A stretch of 63,819 nucleotides of DNA, filler included, from Platydemus manokwari (taxonomy: Eukaryota): the NCBI GenBank assembly GCA_037951405.1. It is 6 parts of 6 records of this genome, joined end to end, with 100 filler letters (N's around TTAATTAATTAA, not from the genome) between each part and the next. Parts side by side here need not be neighbours in the genome. Positions count along the whole stretch, not along the records: positions 44,746 to 54,204 come from JBBMOY011230543.1; positions 54,305 to 63,819 come from JBBMOY011238209.1; 4 more parts are not named here. The stretch is one strand, 5' to 3'. The position numbers and the translations under genes are program-made. This document shows positions 52,850 to 63,819 of this stretch, piece after piece. The notes beneath the pieces were generated by a model. The model worked only from the letters and a program-made list of their open reading frames with translations, was not told the origin of the DNA and made no database searches. The number at the start of each line of letters is the position of its first letter. Position 1 is the first letter of the stretch.

Positions 52850-53600
52850 TATTTATAAAACAATTGGCAGCCAATGACATTTACAATTTTAAGTTGAATA
52901 TTTGATTAACTTTGAGTCTCAAACGAGTAAATTGGTTTTCCAGAAAATTATGTTTAAGTAAGAAACTAAATCTACTTCTTTCTGTGGATATGAAACTTTA
53001 TCAAACACGTACGTCGTCAAGGAATCCCAATATCACTTGTCTTGTTCTTAAATTTAAGTGCGAATAACACTCGTGAATATGATGAAATTCTTATCTTTTA
53101 CTTTATTTCTTTTGAATTTAATGCACATGTGAAGAGATATAGCACAACAACACTGTCCTTTGTAATCTGAGTACAAGGTCCGACAATTTAGACAAGTTTT
53201 CCACAAACAAACTTTTTCTAGGTCACGTCACTTACGTTTGATCAGCCAATAATCAGTAAGCAAGTACCCCATATCCATGCAGAAAGGTCAGTTGGTGGAC
53301 ACACAGTCTCGTATAAAATGCATGGGAGTATTAGACTCGATATGTGTCAATAACATGTATGACAGTGTCCTTAGTGCCTTTGGTTTAGTCATTCATTTCT
53401 CTGAGCCTTAAATTTTTTCAAAGGAAAAGTCTAAAGGATATTAACGTGCAGAAAATTATTGGCGATACAATCTAAGTTTTTTTTGTTTTCAAACTTGAAA
53501 TGAGTTCGGTACAATTGATTCAAGATTCCACTAATTTGCCCTTCTTGAAAATTGGGGTTCAGAAACCTTGGTTAGAAGCAACTGTTCTAGGTAAACTGAT
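52850..53600 (-). mobile_element. degenerate non-LTR retrotransposon (LINE) reverse transcriptase
   Basis: TPIFKKGK, DSVVVLYLFTCAL (QGD.LSP.LF-like), ILGFLDDVRV and LRLKVN in RT domain order, with stops. Confidence 0.5.
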
Positions 53601-54204
53601 ATAAATATTATATATAACTAGGGTGAAAATCAATATAAATTGTGATAATTAATTATTATTTTAATTTATTTTAATTCTTCCTGTACTTTGAGTCTTAAAA
53701 CCTACTTCAATATAAAATATATACGATCTCCTAAAACTTGTTTGTAACATGTATTTAAGAATATAAGTAGTATTTCAATTTCTTGTCACCATGTTCTGGA
53801 ATTTTTTATCCGAAAATATTTTCAAGTTCAAATCACATCTTGGTAAAACAGAAATTATCATTTCTACAGTTCACATTCACTGACGACTGATGTAACTAAT
53901 TCTACTGAAATAAATCCACTAAATAAGGAAAATTGTTAATGGAATTCTAAAATTAGCCTAGAATAAGAAAACTAATTAGAACCATTTATTTCCTAATTTG
54001 TAGTTATTGGATTAATGTTATATAATTATGAAAGCAAATTCCAGCAATTTGCGTATGAAATTGAATGATATCTCGAAATATAAATCTACTTCCCAGACGT
54101 TTTTATCTGATATCTCTATGATAATTTAAGCTTTACTCTGGAAAGATATAGAAAAAAAAATATGGATGATATTTCTTTTTTACAGATAGAAATATTTTTA
54201 ATCA

Positions 54205-54304
54205 NNNNNNNNNNNNNNNNNNNNNNNNNNNNNNNNNNNNNNNNNNNNTTAATTAATTAANNNNNNNNNNNNNNNNNNNNNNNNNNNNNNNNNNNNNNNN
54301 NNNN
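54205..54304. other. artificial contig linker
   Basis: Same structure. Confidence 0.97.
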
Positions 54305-57087
54305 GTTGTGGGTCATGCATCTTGTTGCTATTTTTGGTAACATTCTATGCTTAGTAGCATTTGTTGCTATATTTAGCAAATTTACAGCATAGGTTACTAT
54401 TTTTAGTCCAAGTGTCTATTTATAGCAACTAGTGTTGTTATTTATATTTTCTGTTCATTGGGGTTTCTATTTTTAGATTTCTATGCGGATTTTTCTAATG
54501 ACCTTAATGTCTATTAGTTTTGATGCAACAAAGCAAATTTAAAATTTTTATGAATATTTTTGTAATATCTGGCACTATAATTTCCTTAATTTGAAATAAA
54601 AATTTATATTAATTTATTCTTATTTTTTAGTTAATTTGGTTGGTCAAAATGGCCTGGTTGGTTCCCCACATATTAATTTATTGCTCAAGTCAAAGTGAGT
54701 CAGACTAATGGTATGAAATAAGAATCAGTATTATATAAAGTATCGTATATCTTCGTGCTATAGAGTTTTATCTCAAAAAACCCTCTTCACGGTATTTGGT
54801 TCGTCTTCTCGAATTGGAGTTTGCAACCATTTCCAGAATTGTAAGGTCACCGTCTAAGTGTATTATTATTATTCGTTTAGTGTAGTTTTAAATAACGATT
54901 TTGTCAATTTTTATAATCGGTGTCAATTTGTATAACAATAAAACTTACTGTATTCGATAGTTGTTGATTTGATAGAATACATAATATAATTGTAAGGTGA
55001 TTGGATTAGAGACTGATAGTAAAAAAAATATAATAATCGGATCATTGCTGCCGATCATCAAATATTATTGATTGCGAAGTGAAGATAGGAAATAATAAAT
55101 TAAGGTTTTATAGATTGTACCTTGGACTTGATTAGAACTCATTGAGACTGACCAAGATGACATTGATCCATAGTAATAAATTATAAAATATTGAAACTCA
55201 AAAGAAACAGAGAACAAACAAGCCCGAAACACATCACAAGATTGGAATTGGTTTGTTTGATCATCCAAAAATTTCTTATAATTGCGGTGCAATTATTTTA
55301 ATCTTTGGAAATCATGCTCAATATTGATAAGACATTTCCACAAACGTACATCGGTAATTAATTATGTGTGTACAATTCAATAATATTCTTGGGATATACA
55401 TGATCCTAAAATTGTTAACACAGGGTTCGCTGTTAATGAAAAACAATATTTATTAAGAAGAGATATAATGATTCGACTAAAATACGAAGCTAGGAATAAT
55501 GAGAAGATTTACAGTTTAAAATAGTAATGGCAGCGATTCAGTAATATCGAATATTGCAAAAATAGCCATTGAACGATATTTCAATTATAATGTGAAACTA
55601 TCTTGAAAAAAATAGCATGAACAGTTATATTTAGAATTCATCCAAATGATCTCAGTTCCAAACATCAATACATTTATACAAATGACATTGATATCGATAA
55701 TAACAACACTTTGAATTGTATAAAATGATACTTTTGAAAATTTATCTAATCTAATGACTAATTTTATTAAATATGTAATTGTTAATATCCTTGTAAAAAA
55801 TCTGATATGTAAAAATAATTGATTCACATCCATTGAAAAACTGTGAAAATTATTCGACTTTTTTCTTTTATTTACTTTATTAATTATTATGGAAAATTTT
55901 ATAAAAACCTGATATTATAACGAAAAATAGTATAAAAATAAAACTAAATTGTTGTTATTTTGGAATGTGATTAGATTTTCTGTCTTGAAATTCTCATTAC
56001 ACAAGCCATGTTCATTATTCAGGTCAATTTAAATTTACTGTTTAATAATTTGGTTCATAATTTACGGTGATTGTGGAATAAATACAAATATAACACAACT
56101 ACAAGACACTGTTTGCTATTCAGATTCCATAATTCCTCACAGATCCTTAAAAGTGAATACTTTAAGTGTCGATGTATATATATATATATATATATGTGGT
56201 AATTATGTATGGTAGTTATGTATGAAGTCAAGTTAATCCCATATTCCATATACTCACGATGTTATATACGAGTTTAATATTATTGATTTACAAATTAATT
56301 CCTTGAAAGTAAACTTTTTCTCAATCTCCTCATTTTATATATAGAATAAATTTAAAAGATTTCAATGAATATAATTCCGTTTATTTAGTAATTACATCTC
56401 GATTTATAATTTAATAATTTATAAAAATTACTTTACCGAATAATTTATTAGTAGTTGGTGAGAATTGATTTCATTGAAAAACCTATAAGTACACATTTCT
56501 ATAAGCATTCAGATTGGAGAGAATTATTAGTTTCATTAAAATTTCACAAATTGTCAAGATTTCATGGAAATGAAAACAATAATTCAAAAGTCATTGAAAT
56601 ATCGGTTATAATTTTCAACTTCAAATCGTTGATTGATTTCATAGTCATGATCAATTGTTTACAATGACATTATTATCGATATGAATAACTGTCTATTAAC
56701 CTCTAAAAATAAATACATTTTTTGTCAATTTTCACACTTGTAGATTTATCGAAAATCTTTAATTAATCGAATCGAATTTTTGTCAAAGTAATGAATTATA
56801 TCGAATACGGAATAATCTTGAACTCATCCTTATAAACATGAATCCATCGATCATTTTAACGGATATGTCGATGAATATGTTTTATCGACCAATATCTTTC
56901 AGTTGAAAATTTTTTCAACAATCTCATTAATCATCTCAAGCAGGTTAATAGAAAAAAAATATGATTTGAATAAAAATGACAACATCAAAATCAATAAATA
57001 AATAACTGATAATAATAATAACAATAATAAATCAGTAAAATCCTGTAAACCAACAAATATTGTTTATGCAGAAACACCAATATAAAA

Positions 57088-60000
57088 TCAATTGTTTTCA
57101 TAACTGACCGGAACATCATCATTCTGCAAAAAAAGGACAAGATTAATATTTTGTGATTGATTGATCAATAACGGTACTTGAACAACTACATGGTCTCCCT
57201 TGTAGATTGTATGGAATTTCATCGGTACCCAGAACTCTGTTCCGGTATTTTCGTCAAAAATTCTAGCTTGATCAAATGGTGGCCAATACAAATGCAATGA
57301 TACAGCAATATCCGTATGGCTTGGATTTTCCACTCGATGCAAACCAATCTCATCTTCAATGAAAACAAATGTCAATCCAAGTATAATAAATAATTTTAGA
57401 AAATTTCCATGAAAAATTTCTTTTACAATATTTGATTTCATTATCCAGTGATTTATATATGGATGGATGGATGAGTGGATGGGCGTTATATGTTGATGCT
57501 CACGCTGGTGAACTCCGAAACAATTAATCGCATCACATTCATCGACAATTCGATTCCAATGAAATCCCATTTTTGAAAAATATTTTAAAACATTATAAAT
57601 ACAGACTCATTTCAATCCAATCAAATGGATTGTATTTCCATGTTTACCTATATGGACGGGAATTAGTAGAAAATTACATTAATGCTGAGATAATGTTGCA
57701 GTAAAGTCTAAGACCTGTTATGAACTGACACATTGAATATAAACAAATAAGGAATAACATTGAAATAGAACTGGTTTATGTTTATCAATAATAATAATAA
57801 TAATGTTATGAAAATAATAAAATCGATATATAATGCCCAATTAATTATAATAATACCAATTTTTAATAATAGTAATAATAATAATAATAATTTTAACTGT
57901 TATAATAATACATACTAATAAATACTTTTCTTATTTTGAGGAGCATTCCGATATGGTTCAAAGATACAATTTGTGATATCAGACAATGATATTTCAGCAA
58001 GTGAAATATAAAATGATGAATTTCAAGTTCTATATTTTCGATATTGATGAGTAGGAAATACTAAAGCACCAGTATGTCTGTGCATGATTTGTTAGGATCA
58101 AATATGGTTCAATTAGTAGATCATTATAATATTTACTTTAATAATGATACATCGAAAAATACATTGCTTCAAACACTAGATAACCACGAAATAACGCCAT
58201 TTTCAACACACACACAAATCTTAACATTTCGTCATTGAACATTATGTCGAATATATGGAATAATTATTTATCAAATAATATAATCATAATACATCGGATT
58301 CGAATTCTTTAATGACTTAATAAGTTTATCATTCGAAATAATATTAACATCTTTATTAAAGTACACCCATCTATTTCCGGTTGCGTAGACAGTAAACACA
58401 AAGGACATGATTTGCAGCATTTATGTGTGGTGGTACTAGGTGACAAGCATTAATGTGATGCCAATGAATTCAAGTGATATCATTACATTATAGATTTTAA
58501 TCAAAACAACCTGTCATATGAGATACTTCATTTTCTTTAAGAATTGCTTCGGAGGAAATCGTCATTGGTTCATTTGTTGATTTCGGCCAATCATAACGTG
58601 TTTCCTTGATGCAGCCTATAAAAAATAGAGATGTCTATAGATGTACTTTATCGAATTGTAATCATATGTCTCGAGTATTTATTTATCAGTGATAAAAACA
58701 ATATAATCGACAATTAAATGTCAATAAATTTGAGATAACCTTCTAATAGTTTCATCAGACAATTTGAATTACTATGAGCATGGATACTTGACCCCTGGTG
58801 TTTTTTCCATACCAATACCATCAAATTAAAGTGTCCGTTTCCAGAATCAACCAAATGGCGAGTATATCTATCAATAAATACATAATAAAGTGGGTGTGAT
58901 AAGTTATTTCACTAGTAGTACTTGTTTAGGGTTTTGTAAACATACAGTTAATAATAGGAACGATTAATCAAGTAGATAAGGTATGAAAAATCAATGTTTC
59001 AATCAAGTAGTAACGAAAAATAAATAATTTTTTTTAAAATAATTCCAAATAAAAAAATCAAAAGAGCATATTCGATCAATTTTTTTGCCAACACAACACA
59101 CATTTTCTGCACGCTTGATTATCGAACATTATCTGTCATGAGTCCGGTAATGATTTATCGAAATCAAATATTTAATTGAAATATGATTGGTTTAAATTTT
59201 TGACAAAAATTCTGACATGACATTGAATTGTAATTTCTATTTTATACAGTCGGTTAAAAAAAACCAAAACAATTTAATGAAATTTCGCATATCAAATATT
59301 AAGAATTCCATTGATCGATCAGTATTTTATTGGAAACACAACAGATATTTCTAACATACTTGATTATCGGATATGTTATCTGACATGAATCAGTAGCAAT
59401 TGATCGAAATCAATACAAATAAATATTTTATTTAAATATGATTGGTTGAAATTTTTTGACAAAAAATATTATGATATTAAAGTCATTAAAAGACCGAATC
59501 AAAATTAGAAAATAAATCTCATTAAATTTTAAGCATTCCATTACTGATAATGACATCACATATGTCGGATGAAAGATAAAAAATAAACTCCGAAATATTT
59601 ATAGCATACTTATTCTTTAATTTAAAAAAGGAAGTAAAAAATGCCGAAAGAATTCCTGGAAAATTATAATTTCTCACTGAAAATCCAACGATATAAAAGA
59701 GTAAGAGCTACGTCACAGGCTACAGAATTGGCTCAAAATGAAAACAATGATGGAATGAAAGAGTAGCCAAAAATATTCAACCAACAATATCCGAATACAG
59801 AATATTATTATATGATTTCTTGATTTTTTCCAATCACATCTTATTATAAGAAATTCATATTTTCAACTAAGCATTAGCAATAATATGATTGGTTGATTAA
59901 ATCTCCAAAATCTAATTGGATAAAAATATATTTGATAAATTTTTATTTTGTCATACAATATTATAAATAAATACGAAAAAAATAATGAAAATAAATTAAA

Positions 60001-60515
60001 ACATTTCCGAAAAGTAAAACAAATCAATAATTAATTACATAAATGTTCTACAACTTATTTCGTTTTAATAAATAATCGATATATGTTTTACTGAATAGAT
60101 ATAATAAATAATCCTATCGATCATTTTTCAATGACAAACGAAAATCAAATCCAAAAATAATAATAATTTTCTTTATGGATAATTCGAATTTTTTGATTTG
60201 AAAAATTATCGAATTATCACATCATTGTCGATATCACCAATGAAACATTGATAAAGAAAATGGGGATAAAATAAATGAAAACTTACGATGCTGTTGAAGA
60301 GACGATTCTGAAAGGGAAAACAATTCAATGGATTATTTTATATGAAAACCTAATAATAACTACTCTTGTTTCTCTCCAAAGGCATATTTCTGCCATTCAC
60401 TATCCGATGACGAGTACGATTCCATGATTTTTTGTATTTTGTACAGATTTGGCTTGCCGTTCGAAAATTCTTCATGCATGCTGCAGATTAATTTCTCCAA
60501 TGACATATGTTCCAT
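57088..60515 (-). CDS. CDO1: cysteine dioxygenase type 1; exons 60515-60364, [60307-60287 optional], 58867-58740, 58615-58511, 57353-57178, 57123-57088
   Basis: EWQKYA..YTRHLVDSGNGHFNLMVLVW..GSSIHAHSNSNCLMKLLEG..KETRYDWP..GLHRVENPSHTDIAVSLHLYWPPF; 3-His iron ligands, substrate Arg and the Cys/Tyr crosslink residues are retained; introns in phase. Confidence 0.96.
59116..59468. repeat. local direct duplication (~100 nt, offset ~245 nt) in a CDO1 intron
   Basis: ttgattatcg..ttatctg-catga...atatgattggtt-aaattttt-gacaaaaa occurs at ~59116 and ~59360. Confidence 0.8.
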
Positions 60516-63500
60516 TTTTGAATTTCTAAATACAAAACAATAATCGATTAATTTATCTTTTACAATACGATTGGAAATTACTTTCGGATATTTCAATTTT
60601 TAAATTATTATCAACTTATAATAAAAATTGATAAAGTGCAAATTTATTTATATTGCCTTTGTTATTAATTGGTTTATTGCAGCATTTAAACAAATGGAAC
60701 TTTATATGTAGAAATATTTTTGCAAACTAAAATCGGCTAAATTTCATTTTATTTCGTTTTTAAAAAAGAAATTTAAATTTTTAATATTAATTAGATTCAA
60801 AATTAAAGTTTATATTTATCAATTTTTCTAGATCAGAATTATTATTGTGATAAATTCAATTTTTCAAAAAATATTTCATCAATAGCCATTGTAAGTGATT
60901 TTCTATTGTGGATCGTTTATGTAATTTATCACTGAAAATATCTTTTCACGAAAATAAAGCTGATAAATTACTTATTCCATTTATTTGATTTAGTATGATT
61001 TTATTAAATATGTATTTTTAAAATCTACTTCATATCACGTGGGTTTATTATTACACAAACGGAGTTATTTGACTTTAAATAAAATCAGAGGAACTTATTT
61101 CTTTCATCACTTGCATTTTGGTAACTAAAGATTATATATGTACTTACTTTCTGAAAATTTTCGATTTAACGTGTTTACATTCAAACTTTATCCATAAATT
61201 ATCTTAAAATCATGGACTTAACCTTGAATTGATTCAAATTGAATAACTCTTTTGTGGTGAGGAACCCACATCCTTCATCTTCTAAATATACAATTAATAG
61301 TGGCATTTCTAATGTTAATAAATTGGTATGAATTTTTTATTTGTTGAACTTTTTAAAAAAATAATAAAAATAAAAATTAGATAAAAGTATTGGATTATAT
61401 TGTAGCATTGAAATTTATTTTATAGAATTTCGTAACCACATTATTACCATTTCCAAAAATTTTTCTTCATTTTCTAAAGCATTGCTTAATTTATAAAATT
61501 ATTTCATTTAATTCATTATTAAAATTACTGGTCTGATAAATAAGATAAATATTTTTCCTCAAATATTTCAAAAATTGTTTCCAAAAAGTCAATTTTTTAC
61601 TTGTAATCAGCTGAGCTACATCAAAATCCAAATTGAATTTTTTTAACACACTTCACTCTGATTTGGACAATGAAAATAATTCTTCATGTTTTCTTGTGGA
61701 TGGGAAGGGAAATTAGAAACCTCATGTTGTTTTGAAAATGAAAATTTTTTCTGACAAAATTCCCTAAAAATTCTGACTTCAAGTATTGGAAATTAACTTT
61801 CCAATCAAAAATAGACTTATGGATTTCAATGCAATCTTATATGGCTCCTTACATGAAATATAATTTGGCAAGATCGCCAAGTTGTCTGCTTGAAACTTCA
61901 TATTGCGAGTAACTGTCGAGTTAATTATGAAAGTGAAATATCAAGTTTAGATAATGGGAAGAAATAGAAATAATTTACTACAAAAATACGTAATACTACA
62001 ACCTATTTACTACAACCTATGTATTTGAATCGACAACAAGTTGCCTTTGACCTAGCTTACTGATGGTGATTTTAAAGCAAAAGATGAGTCCGTTTATAGA
62101 TTGACACTGTTAAAATAGCCTTATCTATATAAACCAAAACATTAAAACAATATATAATAACATAAGAACAACAAATTGTCCTTTAGATACGTTGCACCGA
62201 TTATTACCAAATATATCAAATAAGGACCAACTAGAGATCAATCGGCATGCTTAAAGTTTTTCTCTACTGGCTTTTAAACTAATCAGTATTCTTGATCGTA
62301 ATCTTCCACATATTATCAGAATGGAATTGATCAAAGCCTCTAGAACCATAGATCTTTGGCCAAATCGACTAGTTAGGCAATGGACTCAGATGGTTAAATG
62401 ACTTATTTTAAAGGATGCTATCCTGTTTCGAAACTTCTTGTAGATCTTTATATAGAAACAGGCTAGTATTGTCGAATATTCCTGGTAAACATCAAACTGA
62501 CGCTGGATGAAGAGGGTCTCGCGGAGCAGGACGGCAAGAGGAACTTGGCCCATTATACTCCACTGCGTGATATGATTAGGCAGTACAAATCACATTATAT
62601 TATAACTATTCATACGATTAGGGTGAAGACTTTGGGTTCGATTGAACAACATTTTTAACGTTTTCAAAATTTTCGGGATCACAAACAGGAACATCTGTGC
62701 TTACAATAAAATATTTTAAACTATAAATATCTGGACGAAAATATTGTGCGAATAAGTCTCGCTACAATTCAGCTTTATCATTTTTTGGTAAGATAACATT
62801 TTGAGTGAAAATCAATTTTTTGATTTCTGGTCCTAAATAAAAATATTTTTCATCATCTGGTCTTGAATTTTAAAACGAAATTAAATCATAATAGTACATT
62901 TATTCTTTTCATTAAATCTTATTCTTTAAACTCGCTCTGTCGAGTTTTTCTAACATCACAACCCCAACTTATATCATCGTCTCATTTTTCATGGATTAGT
63001 ATCTTGTATAAGGCGCCTATTTTTGATAAATTGGTATGGGAAGAGTAAGAAAATCGGGAATCTCTAACTCAGAAAATAAATTATTGTTCTACACTATATA
63101 AATAATATCAATCTTGAAACCATTTGCATATTTTGGTACCAATAAGGACTTGGGTTTCAATAAATATACCACTGAACCAAATTTTGTGCTGGCTGCTACT
63201 ATCTCAATAAATACAAATGGAAATCGAATTTAAGAAGTTAAATAATTACAAAATTATTTGTTTAACCTTGACATCTTCAACCTCATCTTACTTAATTTTT
63301 TTTCTACAACTTTCATGTTATTGGATTCTCTATTCACATTCTGTATATACATCTCTATTTATTTTCTATTTTCTTATAATGAATCAATCAATCAACGAAT
63401 CTGTCCGTCTATCTATTGAAAATCGAAGTTCAAAAAAAGATTGAAGTAAGTGTCTGTGTTTTTATTGTGCTTGTCTGTATCAATCATTTGAAGATTGTTC

Positions 63501-63819
63501 TCATGGATTCGATAGTCACATAGATCGATTTTGTCACATAGCCTCCCACACACATACACGTAGCACACATTTTTATTTCATTTTCTTTAAAATTTTTATT
63601 GATTTGTAACCATTTTAATGTTATTCTATATACTATATCTTAGCAAACAAAGTCAATCATGGTTTATTTACAATTCTATTTCTTGATTATTTAAACTATG
63701 AGCGTTGTTCTTTTTCAATTCAGAACTATCTGAGATTCCTAAAGGTTGCGTTAACCTTTTTCACATTAACCTTTATCAAATTATTAAAGAACACAACGTT
63801 GGTAATCTGTTTTTGAATT

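Noticed and set aside
1-63819. Alternative nuclear genetic code (stop reassignment) to explain the many interrupted ORF-like tracts
   Set aside because: All confidently identified exons are stop-free in the standard code, and the interrupted tracts also contain frameshifts, which fits decay
1-63819. tRNA/rRNA genes or a prokaryotic operon/defence system
   Set aside because: None recognisable; the genes are intron-containing metazoan families on unrelated contigs

Overview
Very AT-rich eukaryotic (metazoan) genomic DNA, not prokaryotic. The window is six separate pieces joined by identical artificial 100-nt linkers (44 N + TTAATTAATTAA + 44 N), so synteny across linkers means nothing. Most ORFs in the supplied track are spurious. 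The real genes are GT-AG spliced, with introns that are either ~44-54 nt or kb-sized and full of transposon remnants. Genes recovered by manual translation: partial GALNT (polypeptide GalNAc-transferase), the 3' half of TMEM63/OSCA, three internal exons of USP9X/FAF, one SLC4A11-like exon, an unidentified two-exon gene, the terminal exon of a trissin-receptor-like GPCR, two Kidins220-like exons, and a complete cysteine dioxygenase (CDO1). Repeats include several mariner/Tc1 families, a GG-terminal MITE family with 8-bp TSDs (Merlin-like), and hAT, MULE, Gypsy and LINE relics. The overall style suggests a planarian-like flatworm, but that is inference only. I see no convincing novel multi-gene system. 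The best leads are a frame-preserving 21-nt micro-exon candidate in CDO1, same-strand interleaved TMEM63/USP9X fragments, the Merlin-like MITE family with a possible transposase-bearing deletion derivative, and the unidentified spliced gene.
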